Positions 12,060 through 24,927 of a stretch of 64,000 nt of DNA are shown in pieces. Under the pieces are notes generated by a model that was not told the origin of the DNA, did no database searches, and saw only the letters and a list, made by a program, of their open reading frames with translations. Made by a program: the position numbers and the translations under genes. Source of the stretch: Ptychomitrium polyphyllum (taxonomy: Eukaryota); contig OZ316776.1 in assembly GCA_973851085.1 (NCBI GenBank), forward strand, positions 5,890,001-5,954,000, written 5' to 3'. Position 1 is the stretch's first letter, and every line of letters begins with the position of its first letter.

Positions 12060-12200
12060 TTTGAGAGTTTGAGGTGCACAAGGGCTGATTTGGAGTTTTG
12101 GAAGTGCACAAGGGCTGATTTTAGAGCTTTGGAGGTGCACAAAGACTCATTTGGAGTATTGGTGAGCACAAAAGATGATTTGGAGCCGTGCAAGTGCATT
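12060..12200 (+). repeat. Imperfect ~30-bp tandem repeats in the copia 1 leader
   Basis: Units like ttggagttttggaagtgcacaagggctgatt repeated about 4-5 times. Confidence 0.7.
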
Positions 12201-12702
12201 AAAGAATTGGAGACGGCTTGAGAAGGCACAAGGAGTTTTAAAAAGCAAAGGTGGAGCACATCAATGCATTTGGACCTTGTAAGTGTTCAATCCAAATGGA
12301 TGTATTCAATTGCTCTTCAAAGGTGCTGATTTGAGTGAATGATGTGCTTAGATGCACATTGGAGTCTAGGCGGAGCTCTTTGATGTTGTTCAAGTCCATA
12401 TTTGCATATATGAGCAAGGAAGGGGCTGATTTGATTGAATGAGATGCAAAGGTGTGCATTTGAGTCTAGAAGGAGTGGATTTGAGTGTTTGAGTTGTACC
12501 TTTGATCATTTGAGCTTAGAAGAGACTCGTTTGAGAAACTTGAGTGAATACTTGTACATCAAAGCCTTGTAGGGGCTGATGTGAGTATTGTAGGTGCTTG
12601 CAAGCACGTTGGAGCCTAGAAAAGGCTCAAGTTGAGTGATTGAGGTGCCTTAGTGCACAATCAAACCTTGGAAGGGTTGATCTTAGCCATTAAAACGTTT
12701 TC

Positions 12703-15700
12703 ATGGCCACATTTGAGAGTGAGAGTGCTAGGAGCATTGACAAGTTCAATGGGGAAAACTTTGGCCTTTGGAAGTTCTGCATGGAGATGGTCTTGTCGTC
12801 CATGGACCTTTGGGATATCGTGGAGGAGACCGAGGAACCTCCCGCAAGTGATGACGATTTAAAGGTGATGAAGGAGTACAATCGCCGCGAGAAGAAGGCC
12901 TTGTCCGTCATTGGATTGAGTTTGGTGAATGCCCAACTTGCACACATCAAGAGTTGCAAAGGACCAGCGGAAGCATGGAAGGCATTGTGCAACATCCACA
13001 AAACAAAGAGCTTCTCCAACATCCTCTTTGTTCGCCGCAAGTTCTTCACCATTAAGATGCAAGAAGGTGATGACTTGATGGACCACATCAACCATATAAG
13101 GAAGCTTGCGGATCAGCTCACATCCTTCGAGGTCCCCGTGAGAGAGGAAGATGTAGTGATGACGTTGCTTGAGAGTTTGCCGCCGTCATTTGAGAACTTA
13201 ATCATTGCCTTGGAGACGTTACAATTGAAGGACCTCACCTTGGAGTTTGTAACGGCGAGAATGATGCATGAAGCGAACAAGCGCAAGGAGAAGGGGAGCC
13301 ATGGCGATGATGCGGCTTTGTATTCAAAGCAAACCAAGTGGGGCAGCTCATCTTCACGTGGAGAATCAAGGTTATGTTACAATTGTGGCAAGCCGGGCCA
13401 CCTTGCACGAAATTGCACCAAACCAAAGAAGTGGGAGCGCGACAACGCAAACCAAGCAAAGAACAAGGAGAATGCCAACCATGCAAAGGAGGATGATGAC
13501 TACCCCTTTGCTACTCAAGATGGTCTTCATTCCAAGTCCACGTCCAAGTGGATCATGGATTCGGGCGCCACGAAGCACATGACACGTCATAGGGTGACAT
13601 TTGACACATATGAGGTAATTAGTTCACGCAACGTGCATTTGGGTGATGATAGTGTTGTGGACACCATTGAAGTAGGTTCCATTGTTGTAGAAGTCCTTGT
13701 GAGAGGCCATTTGAAGAAGGTTACAATCAAGGACGTATTCCACGTGCCCAAGTTGCAAGCAAACTTGCTCTCGGTGAGCAAGCTTGTGTCAAGTGGATTG
13801 AAGGTGCAATTCAATGTGCATGGGTGCACATTAAAGGCACCAAATGGCAATGTACTTGCAGTAGCCCTTTGTCAAGACAACTTGTACCAAGTCACCTTTA
13901 CGAAGGTGCATGAGGCGGATGCGGCCAACATAGCATAATCGTCAACAACGAGTGGTGCGATGGAGCTTTGGCATCGCCGACTTGGTCATTTGAATGTGAG
14001 AAGTGTGCATTTTCTTGCAAGCATGGTAAGCGGCATGACCTCTGGTAAGGATGAATCATCTATACCGTTTTGTGAAGGATGTGTGCAAGGCAAACAACAT
14101 AGAGCACCATTCCCAAAGGATGGAGGCACGCATGCTATAAAACCTTTGGAGATTGTGCATTTGGATGTGTGTGGCCCAATGAGGACCACCTCCATTGGTG
14201 GTGCAAGGTACTTTGTGACCTTCATTGATGACTTTTTGAGGAGGGTGTGGTTGTACACGTTGAAGACGAAGGGGAAGTGCCTTGAGAAGTTTAAGGAGTT
14301 CAAAGCACTTGCGGAGACACAATCAGAGCACAAGATCAAGGCCTTCCGGTCGGACAATGGTGAGGAGTTCATATCTAAGGCCTTTCGACGCTTCTTGAAG
14401 AACCACGGCATCGAGAGGCAACCATCGACACCTTACACGCCAGAGCAAAACGGAGTGGCGGAGCGTGCGAATCGCACCATTGTGGAAATGGCAAGAAGCA
14501 TGATTCATGCTCAAAGCCTCATGTTCTCTTTTTGGGTAGAAGTAGTGTCCACTGCGGTATACATTCATAATCGGTGTCCTACAAGGGCGCTTGTCACCGT
14601 TACACCACAAGAGGCTTGGAATGGCCGCAAGCCATGCGTTGCACACATGCTCGTGTTTGGTTGCATTGTATTTGCAAAGGTGCCAGATGCAAAGAGGGAT
14701 AAGCTCGATGCTATAGGAACCGAGTGTTTATTTCTTGGATATTGCGAGGAAACCAAGGCATATCGCTTCATGTGTGTTGAAACACGGAAGATCATTAGGA
14801 GTCGTGATGTAGTGTTTAATGAGTATAGCTCTAGCATTGGTCATGGTTTGGAGATGGGTCCAAGTGGAAGTAGTAATACGCCTTCATTGGTTTTGGTGGA
14901 CAAATCTTCCAAACCAACTTCCTCACACGAGAGTGATGATGATACAAAGAAGGAAGAGTTGGTGGACAACAAATAAGATATAGCACCTTCACCAACATCC
15001 ACACGAAGTGAAAGCCTAGAGGTTGAATCCAGACAAGAACTTTGGTACCCAACAAGAGAACGACGTCCACCTGGAGAGTGCTGAAAGAACCACATCTTTC
15101 CACAACATGAAGAAGAACGGGCCAATGTGGCCACTCTTGATGATCCATTGAATGTAGACGAAGCAATGGGATCAAAAGATGCGAGCAAGTGGGAGGTGGC
15201 CATGCAAGAGGAATATGACTCACTTATGGCAAATGAGACGTGGGAGTTGGCTTCGCTTCCAAAAGGTCGTAAGAGCGTTGGATACAAGTGGATCTTTCGC
15301 ACGAAGAAAGACGCTTTGGGTGAAGTAGTACGCCACAAGGCACGATTGGTGGCCAAGGGATTTTCTCAATTTGCGGGAGTCGACTTCCTTGAGACCTTTG
15401 CTCCCGTGGTTAAGTTCAACACCATTCGGTGCATCCTTGCACTTGGAACGGCGTTGGATTTGGAGATCCATCAAATGGATGTGAAGACCGCATTCTTGAA
15501 TGGCGAGTTGGAGGAGGACATTTACATGAGTCAACCGCAAGGATTTGAAGAGAAGGGCTTTGAGCATCTTGTGTGCAAGCTCAAGAAGTTGTTGTATGGA
15601 CTCAAACAATCACCAAGAGCATGGTACCAACGGATTGATTCTTTCTTCACTTAGGAGGGCTTCACAAGGATCGAAGCGGATCATTCCTTGTACATTAAGC

Positions 15701-16695
15701 AAACAGATAAATACTTGTTGATAGTGCTCATCTATGTAGACAACTTGATCATCTTGGCTAGCCTTTTGGCAGAGTTGGCATGGCTCAAGGCCAAACTCAA
15801 TGCGGAGTTTATAATGAGTGATTTTGGAGAGTTGATGTATTGCTTGGGAGTGGAATTTGAGAGGGATCGCAAGGCACGCACCATCACCATGAGCCAAAGG
15901 AAGTACATCAAGGAGGTGCTCAAGCGCTTCAACATGGAGGAGTGCAAGCCCATTGGTACGTCGCTTGATGTGAATGTCAAATTGTTGAAGCTTTCGGTGG
16001 AGGAGTTTGAGGCCATCGAAGGTGAGATGGAAGGCGTGCCATACAAATCTGGTGTTGGCTCATTGATGTATGCCATGGTGGCTACACGAGCTGACTGTGC
16101 GTTTGCGGTGAGCATGGTGAGCCAATTCATGTCTAGGGCCGGTCCGGCACATTAGAGTGCGGTGAAGCGCATCATGCGGTACTTGCAAAGTACCATGGAC
16201 TACAAGTTGTGCCTTGGTGGTAAGGAGCTTGCCTTAAGGGGGTATTGCGATGCGGATTGGGCCGGAGATGCAAACGAGCGTCGTTCAACAACCGGATACG
16301 TATTTTTTGTTGGAGTTGGTGCGATCTCGTGGAATTATAGGAAGCAACCTACAATTGCGTTGTCTACAACAGAGGCGGAGTACATGGCCACTAGCCAAAG
16401 CACCAAAGAGGCCATTTGGCTTTGAAAGCTTTTGGCGGATGTGGGGTTTGTGCAAGAAGATGCCACAATCATCTTGTACGACAACCAAGGATGCATTGCA
16501 CTTGCAAAGAACCCCACACACCACTCACGCACAAAGCACTTCGATGTGCAACACCACTTCATTCGCGAGAAATTGGAGAGCGGCGAGATAAGCTTGAAGT
16601 ATTGCCCGACAGAATACATGGTTGCTGACGTGTTGACAAAGGCACTTGCGAAGGATCGACATCAACAATTGGCAAAGGAAATGGGATTGCGATAA
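12703..16695 (+). pseudogene. Ty1/copia gag-pol polyprotein with several stops and a frameshift
   Basis: CYNCGKPGHLARNC knuckle; WIMDSGATKHM protease; WHRRLGH and RSDNG..QNGVAER integrase; KARLVAKG, QMDVKTAFLNG and YVDN RT; DADWAG..EAEY..ADVLTK RNase H. Confidence 0.93.
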
Positions 16696-17196
16696 AGTAA
16701 CTACTCGCAAAGTGGGAGTGTTGGAGATTAGAATTGCTCGTAGTATTTACGGTGGTGTAACTAGTATTGTATTGTGGTAGATATAGAAGGAGTGAAAATG
16801 GGGAGAAAAGGGGAAGAAGTGAAAGCCACTTAAGAGGTACATATATGGTGTACGGTCAACGTGGTAGGACCAATCCACATGTCTTGCATGCGAAGGCAAG
16901 GACAAGTGGGTGTATGAGTTGGCATAAAGGAACTTGCAAGTGGCTTTAGAAAGCTACTTGCAATATATTTGAGAAGGATCTTAAAAGGTGCTTGAGACGT
17001 CACTACGTGGTAGTATAAGTAAAGGACTTTGAGAGAAGGCAACATCTCACTCCAAGCATTATTTGTACTACTTTGTGTGGTTTTATGCTTGTGCAATCTT
17101 CTTCTTTACTTCTAGTGACCTCAATACGGTGTGAATCAAGATCTCAAGCGTATCAAAGAAGAAAGGTCCCGTCAAGAGAGGTTGATTGGGCACTTG

Positions 17197-20100
17197 ATGG
17201 CACAAGATTCTAGGTCCTCATCTTCGACCAAGAAGTTGGCCAAGGTGAACATGCGAAGCACTTTTTCTTAGCTAGTTAAAGCCAAGAAGGTGAAGGAGTT
17301 TCTTTTGGAAATGTACAACTATTATGATGTCGTAAAGCCGAAAGAGGTTGACAAGGTTTCAATTACGGTGACCTTTTCAATAGACCATGCTCTTCAATGG
17401 TGGACAAGTAATAAGGAGTAAGAGCCAGAGTTGGTAGCGACTTTGTCTTGGGTTGGTTTTAAAGAGTTTTTGAGTGAATGCTTCACTCCGGAATACCAAA
17501 AGTTGAGGGAGGGCATGAACTTGGTGCAAATGAGGCACACTGGGTCTCTCAAGACTTATGTGTGAGATTTCAAAGCCTAAATGAATGCTACATTTAGAAT
17601 GGATGAGTTTTCAAAGAAATGTATTTTTTTGGGTGGGCTTCAAAAGTAGGTGGTGGATGCCTTGTTCAAATTTCCAAAGCTTCTTGAGGACATGGCGGGA
17701 ATCATTAAAATTGCAAAAAGAATTGAAGCCGACAAATCCAAAAGAAAATCAAGTGGTCCCTCTCAACAAAGTGGATTGTGCCGAAATGTATCTCGCGGCG
17801 GAGAACGCAAGAAATTTGGCTTTGGAAACAAAAACAAGGGAGAATTAGATGGAAGGGCCTACAACAAAGTGGCCCATCATGAGAAAAAACCATTCAAATC
17901 GGGAGATAAGAGTGCTGAGGTGAAGCACAAGCGTTGCCACGAGTGTGGCAAGATTGGTCACTTCATTGCGGAGTGCTCCGATAAAAAGGTGAGTACCAAA
18001 GCTTGTCACATTTGTGTTGTGGATCACATTTTAGAAGGTGGATTTGTGGCCAAGGCTAGTAGCCTTAAGCCAAGGTCAAGTCTCTTATACCTTGAGGCCC
18101 AAATAAACGGCAAAAATGTCTGTGTGTTGATTGACACAAGGGCAATGCACTCCTTCATGAGTTCCAAGCTAGCAAGGAAGTTGGGCTTGTTGGCTCAAAA
18201 AGCTACCAAGCCCATCAATGTACGATTTGCAAAAGGCAAATTGTACGAGACAAAAGAGGTGGTGTTGGATGTGGCCTTAAGTAATAGGACATTGGAGTTG
18301 AAAGAAAGTTTTACATTATGTAAGATGGATGAGGTAGACCTAATTTTAGGTGATACCTTTTTCGAAACTCATGTGGTGGATGTGAAGCAAAGGCCAACAC
18401 GGTTAATAGCGCGCTGTAGTGGGAAAGACGCAATATTGAAGTTGACTCGGACTCCTATGGTTGCGGGAGGAAAGTTAAATTTAGTCTCTTTAGAACAATT
18501 AGAGAATAATCAATTTCTGGTTGTGATGCGATTGGAGCAAGAAGAAGAGAATAGGCCAAGTGCCAAGGAGGTTAGGACTATTTCTCAAGTGCATTCAAAA
18601 TGTACTAAGTGGTTACAAGGATGTGCTTACCAATGAGCTGCCCGTAGAGTTACCGCCAAAAAGAAAAGTGGATCACAAAATTGAAGTGATACCGGGAACG
18701 GAGCGTTTTTTGAAGGCTCCATACCGGCTGAACCAAAAAGAGCTAGAGGAATTGAAGAAGCAATTGAATGACTTGTTGGAAAGAGGATATGTTAGGCCAA
18801 GTAAGTTGCCATATGGAGCACCGGTCCTCTTCGTAGACAAAAATGATGGCAAGCTCCACATGTGTGTTGACTATAGAGCCTTGAATAAAGCGACCCTTAA
18901 GAACAATTATCCTTTGCCTCGGATTGATGACCTCTTTGATAGATTGGTAGAAGCTAAATACTTTTGTCGGATAGACTTGAAGTTGAACTACTATCAAATC
19001 CGCATTGCGGATGAAGATGTGCCAAAGACCGCATGCCGCACTAGGTATGGGTCCTATGAATTTTTGGTGATGCCATTTGGATTGTATAATACTCCTTCAA
19101 CATTTACGACCCTCATGAATACCATCTTTTGAGAAAAGATGGATGACTTTGTCATTGTTTATATTGATGACATCTTGGTGTACTGGAAGTTGGCGGAAGA
19201 ACATGCAAGGCACCTCAAAGTGGTGCTTCAAAAACTTAGGGACCACAAACTTTATGCCAACGGAGAAAAGAGTGAATTTGCTCAACTTGAGATTGAGTTT
19301 TTGGGCCATATAGTGACGGATGATGGAATCAAGCCAGATATAAGGAAGATAAAGGCAATTAGAGAGTGGAAACAACCTTCTACACAAAAGGGGCTGAGAT
19401 CATTTCTCAGCTTAGCAAATTATTATAGGAGGTTCATATGCAGCTCTTCCAAAATTGCTAGACCTTTGTCCGATTTGTTGAAGAAAGGAGCTAGCCAAGT
19501 ATGGGATGGATTTTGTCACCAAGCTTTTAAGGAACTCAAGGACAAGTTGTCACAACCGCCAGTATTGAAGTTTCCCAAGTTAAAAAAGCCCTTTGAGGTT
19601 CACACGGATGCAAGTGTTTTTGCCATTGGTGGAATGCTCATGCAAGAAGGCATGCCAATTGCTATGAGAAAGTCTACATAGACAACGTGTCCTTGAAGTA
19701 CTTTGAGTCATGAGCACAAATGAGTGCAAAGCAATTGAGGTGGCATGACACCTTGGCACTCATGAATGTGGATTTGATCCACAAGCCGTGGCATGACAAT
19801 GTAGTGCTGAATGCTCTAAGTAGGCAGGAGGATTTGCAAGCGATGGGCACAACCTAAGTCTTGCGAGTAATGTACAAGGGAAAAGGCAATTTGGAAAAGA
19901 AGATAAGAGAGGGGTACATGAAGGACTCCAAAGCACAAAGGCTTCTCAGTGAGCTTAAGAAGGATAAGAAACTCAAGGAAATTAAATTGGAGAAGGGATT
20001 ATTCAATTACAAACAAAGTCAAGTGTATGTGCCTCAAGAAAAACTATGGTTGTTGGTTTTGAAAGAAGAACATAATAGTCCCATAGCCGGCCATAGAGGG

Positions 20101-21365
20101 GAAAAAACCACCATAGCGGCGGTGTCAAGAAGGTACTATTGGTTGGACATGAAAGCAGAGATCACCGACTTTGTGAAAACTTGTGTGAAGTGCCAATTCA
20201 ATAGAGTTTCTTACTATAAGTAAACTGGTCTACTACAACCTTTGCCAATTCCATTAGATCTATGGCATAGCGTATCCATGGACTTCATCACAAGTCTTCC
20301 AGAGTTGCAAGGGCATGATGCCATCTTTGTGATGGTGGATCGCTTTAGTAAGTTGGCGCATATGGTGCCAACTAGAGGAACCATAACTGCATATGAGACC
20401 GCAAAGGTATTCCTTGATGCATGGTGGAAACATCATGGATTGCCAAGAGTGATTGTGTCCGACCGAGATCCAAAATTCACTAGTGCTTTTTGGAAACATT
20501 TCTTTAGGAAAGTTGGAACAAAATTGACGTTTAGAATTGTTTTCTATCCTCAAACGGATGGGCAAATAGTATGAGTGAACGGAATCTTGAACCAATACTT
20601 GAGGAACTTTGTGAGTGCAGACCAGTGCAATTGGGTGGATTATGTGAGTTTAGCGGAGTTCAATTACAATGCGGCCAACCATTTGGCGATAAAGCAGTCG
20701 CCATTTAAAGTGGCCTATGGAGTGGAGCCACTCCAACCTGCCAACTTGACTCTCCAAGGTGCACATTCAACACTAGAATTTAACCAAAATGGTGAGGACT
20801 TGGCCAAAAAGCGGAAACAAATGTTGAAGAAGACCAAACTTTTGTTGGAAAAGGCACAAAAGCGGTACAAAAAACAAGTCAATGCCCAAAGACGTGAAGT
20901 AGAATATGCAGTAGGCCGAAAGGTGTTCTTGAATGTGAAGAACTTTAGCTTGCCCAAAGGCCTCAATCCAAAGTTCATGTCCAAGTTTGCAAAGCCGTTT
21001 TTCATTGTGGAGTGGATGTTTAAAAATGTTTACAAGTTGGAGCTACCACCCAAAATCAAAATACACCCAACATTTCATGTTTCACTCCTTAAGCCATTCA
21101 AAAAGGATACTTTGTGGCCCAATCGCAAGCAAGTAATTTGGTCACCGCCAGAATTGATGGGCGACCACTTGGAATATGAAATAGAAGGAATTCTCAAGTG
21201 TAGGCACCACAAAAAAATAGGAGAAGAGTATTTGATGAAGTGGAGAAGGCACCATAAAAAAGAAGCAACTTGGGTAGCAGCCAAGGACTTTGGAAAATGC
21301 CAATGAAGTGGTGGAACGCTTTGAAAGGGATAGGAACTCCAACAAAAGACAACGTCGGCATTGAT
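17197..21365 (+). pseudogene. Second Ty3/gypsy chromovirus (Galadriel-like) gag-pol, degenerate, 5' LTR missing
   Basis: CHECGKIGHFIAEC knuckle; LIDT protease; MCVDYRALN and YIDDILVY RT; TDASVFAIGG RNase H; SMDFITSLP..SDRDPKF integrase; EYEIEGILK..YLMKW..ATW chromodomain. PPT-like agtagggggagagaag at about 21385-21400. The clade is an impression from the sequence style only. Confidence 0.88.
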
Positions 21366-21402
21366 GAGGACATCAATCTCTTTTAGTAGGGGGAGAGAAG
21401 CT

Positions 21403-24067
21403 TGTAGCAGTAACTTCTTCACATCATGTATTGGTTCTTTGACTTATGGCAATAAAGCGCAACTTTTGTTTGTGCAAAGAGAAGAGTATGACATGACGTC
21501 CTAGTCTTGTGCTTGTGCTAAGTGGGTAAAAGAAGGAGAATAGACATATGAAACCAAGTTGGGAAGACTAAGTAATGGGGACCAAGGCCTAGAGGAGGAA
21601 TGGTCAAAACCATGAAACTTTATAGTCTTGGGCTTGTCCAAGCAAGGACAAGGTAATGGCACGTGCTCATAAAAGTACCGCTCCTACAAAGTAACAAAAG
21701 TTAGTGCATGGGAGTCATGAACTCATGTCTCAAAAGAAATAGTAGGATCCAAGTTGGGCGGAACTTGGCATTAGCCCCGTGCAATCGAGTTGTGGAGTAA
21801 AAGCCACCTTAGGTTTGTAACCAAGACAACTTGGTGGAGTATTGAGGTCCACTCTAGTCAGGAAGATAGAGTTAGGGAAGTGTAGCCTAAGTGGGGAATC
21901 TATCTCAAGAGGGTTTCAAAGTAGGTAGGTCTAGAGTAGTTTAGGGCCCCAAAGATTTTTGTCTAGGGTGCCTAAACAGACCACTATCTAAACAACACCT
22001 TTAAAACTTTGCAAAAGATTTAGTAATGCATTGTGGAACGCGCATCGGAGACAAAATTCAATGCTGCTTCATTAAAGAATGGCAACCTTAGAATTGGTGT
22101 GCAAATTAAAAGTAGAGTCGATGAGGCCATCGACTCCATTTAGGTGGAGGAGAGTGTCGCACACTTCACCTTCAGGAATACCTGCAATAATAAGGGCACA
22201 TAAAAGACCCCGGAGTGACATCCGGGGCTTGTAGCGCCAATAGTGAGGTAAACCAAATAGGCCTAGCATAGGAAAGATTTCAAGGGAAGAGATATCTTTG
22301 CCCATGTACACTAAGGGCCACAAAGGAAAAATTGTACGCATTAGAGTACTCACAACGAGTTAATTCTAGAATGCTAAAGATTGTTCAAATCGGACAAGGG
22401 AGCTAAAAGATATGGCATCCCAAAGTTGGAGATGCCAAGAGACTGTTCTGGACTGTGGTAGCTCTAGACAATGACTGTACTAGACTGAGACAGTACAAGG
22501 AGGAACTCCCCGGGAGTTCCAAACCTTGGGAGAGGCATATCTTCCAGATCACTAAGTCAAATTGGACGTTTGAGGAGTCTATTGGCATCCATGCAAAGAA
22601 TAGATGATGATAGAGCGGTTGCTTGATAGATTTGGATACCAAACATGGAAGATATGGCTCCCTAAAGGTCCGGAAGAAGTCCCGAAGGCTTTCAGCGGCT
22701 AAGTGCCAAGGGAGATCGGATGGTGTTCCAAAAATTTTGGTGTGTTGGGATTCAGCCAACTACAGAGGACCAAAGGACTTGCTGAATCCCATAGAGAGTA
22801 CTATAGAGGAGGGTTGGTTTGCCTCTCTACTCTCCTAGTGTCCCGGTAGGAATCAAGGGTGAGTCTCGGTTGATGGAGCTAGTGTTGGGTCTTCACCATG
22901 GAGACTCTCACATCATTGTGAGCCGGTGAATGACAGGTTTCACAAAGGGAACTAGTGAGATTAAAAGGGCACGCTTGTTATCACTAAGTTGGGGTGGTGT
23001 CTTCACGCTGGCACCATGATGGCTTGGGATGATCTTAGAATCACATGGGAATCATGAGTGGTAGTGAAGAGACACCACTAAGTGCGGTTAGGCCGTGTAG
23101 AATGAGAATAACAGCTGGTGAGGCCTTAAACATGAATGGAAGTCCGCACCTAACCATTAGCTACCAATCAATTGGATTTTTTAAGAGAAATGGTAGGGGG
23201 AATTGGAAACCAAGCTTCGAACTTGGAGAGTGAAAATGGGTGTTAACTATGTGTATGTGGGGGTGTATAGGGTTGACGCGCGTAACGTTTGGTAAAGTGC
23301 ATTACAAGGGTTGCAATATTTTGTGAGTTATAGAATGAACTCATTATAGATTTTTTCTTAAGAAAACGACAAAATTTAACATTGTAAAAGAGATTAGGTC
23401 TAATTAGGACAAAAGAAGTTGGATTATAATTGTTATTAAGGGAAGTATAGGACAAATAGGCAGATGCTCATAATCCATGGCACTTAAAGCCAATGCAAAA
23501 ATGAAATTATAGAAAAAAAAATGAATTCTACATCTTGAATACAACTATTGTTGGTTTTAGGGGATCAAAATTTTAGCAATATAGGAAGGCGGCTAGGAAA
23601 AAGGAAGGTTGACTGTAAATAGGAAAAAAGACTTAGGCAAAAAAAAAAGCTGATTTTGAACCGCCATAGCTAATTGTAGAATTAGGAGTTAAATTTGAAA
23701 TTTTGAGGATTGGAGCTCCTTGAAGTACGCTTTTCAACAAGCTAAAAGAGGTACAATTCCAAGATTTGACGAGGCAGTGGAGCGACATCAACCGCCAAGA
23801 GGTCTGCAGCCTAAGATCAGAACAAATCGAATCCAATCCAAACTTTGATGTCACATAACTTTATTGTCATTTATTCAAATGTTAAAAATTTTATTAGAAA
23901 TAGAGTGCCTTGAAATAAACTTCCAACAAGCTATAGGAAGGGCAATTCCAAGAATTGACAAGACAATGACAAGCAAATGAGCGCCAAGGGATTTGCAGTC
24001 CTATGCGGAACTTAGAGGCGTAAAAGTTAGAGTTAGTATTTTGTCTTTTTTATATTGTTGATGTTAG
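21403..24067 (+). mobile_element. Probable 3' region or long LTR of the second gypsy element; end undefined, continues after copia 2 at 29411
   Basis: Begins with TGT just after the PPT-like tract; no second copy in the window to fix its boundary. Confidence 0.4.
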
Positions 24068-24223
24068 TGTTGCAAAGTGTGAAACATATAAAGTAATCAT
24101 AGTTGAAGTATCCTTGTGTAGGCTTAGAGCATGATATGTTGCTAATGGTCAAAGAGGTGTGAAGAAAGAGGCCATAGGAGATATGGAGGCTAGGATTAAG
24201 AAAAGGCAACAAGGATTTTGTAT

Positions 24224-24296
24224 GGCGGCTAGGGTTAGGGCGGCCGTTAGGGTTAGGGTGGCGGCTATGGCGGCTAGGGTTAGGGTTAGCCGCCAC
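24224..24296 (+). repeat. Telomere-like (TTAGGG)n cluster in the copia 2 5' LTR
   Basis: ctagggttaggg..ttagggttaggg..ctagggttagggttag. Confidence 0.85.
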
Positions 24297-24927
24297 ATGT
24301 CACTCATATAATGGAGGCAAATGCATGGCCGCCAAGTGGCATACTTTGGTGGATGACTCTCAAGTATAAGTAAAGGGATTTTGGAAGTGGGAGTCGTCTT
24401 GCTCCACACTTCTCTTGTTGCAACTTTGCTCTCTCTCTTCTTGCTTGTTGTACTAGCTTTGTTGCATTTCTTCAATAGGTTATGGGCCCACTCACTCTTA
24501 GTTGTGCCTTTTGAAGTAGCTTGAAGTGTTTTGTAGTTGTTGTTCTTGTGTGGAGCAAGATCACTTCATAGTTTTTGAAGATAGAGTTAGAAACGCCTAA
24601 CTTTGAGGTTTTGCACATGTAGGTGCTTGGTTTGATGTTTCTTGAACTCTAGTGGGGTTGTGGTTGTTGAAACTCCTTGGATAGTGAGTTGCTTTGAGTG
24701 GTGATAAGACCTTGATAGTGTCTTTGTTGGATTCAAACTCCCTAATACCATTTTGTTGTGCTTGGTGTTGTTGTCTTGTGAGTTCATTGATAAGTGTGCT
24801 CATTGAGTGGACATAGTGAGTTGAAAGGATTTTCTTGGGACTCATAGTTGTGAAGACTTGTGAGAAGCATAGGAGTCAAGGAAATAGTTTGTTTGAAGGT
24901 TTGTTTTGTTACCTCTCTTCTTAAGGC

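Larger units (their letters stand above)
11573..17126 (+). mobile_element. Ty1/copia LTR retrotransposon 1 (degenerate, no TSD)
   Basis: LTRs about 11573-11991 and 16719-17126; PBS cgttatgggccca at 11992; PPT gcaaagtgggag before 16719; domain order gag-PR-INT-RT-RH. Confidence 0.92.

Noticed and set aside
12690..16710. Numerous antisense and alternate-frame ORFs over copia and gypsy pol regions
   Set aside because: They are shadow ORFs of the retroelement coding strand.
24033..24475. Minus-strand ORFs with NPNP or LTLT repeats (also 28895-29403)
   Set aside because: These are translations of the TTAGGG repeats in the copia LTRs.
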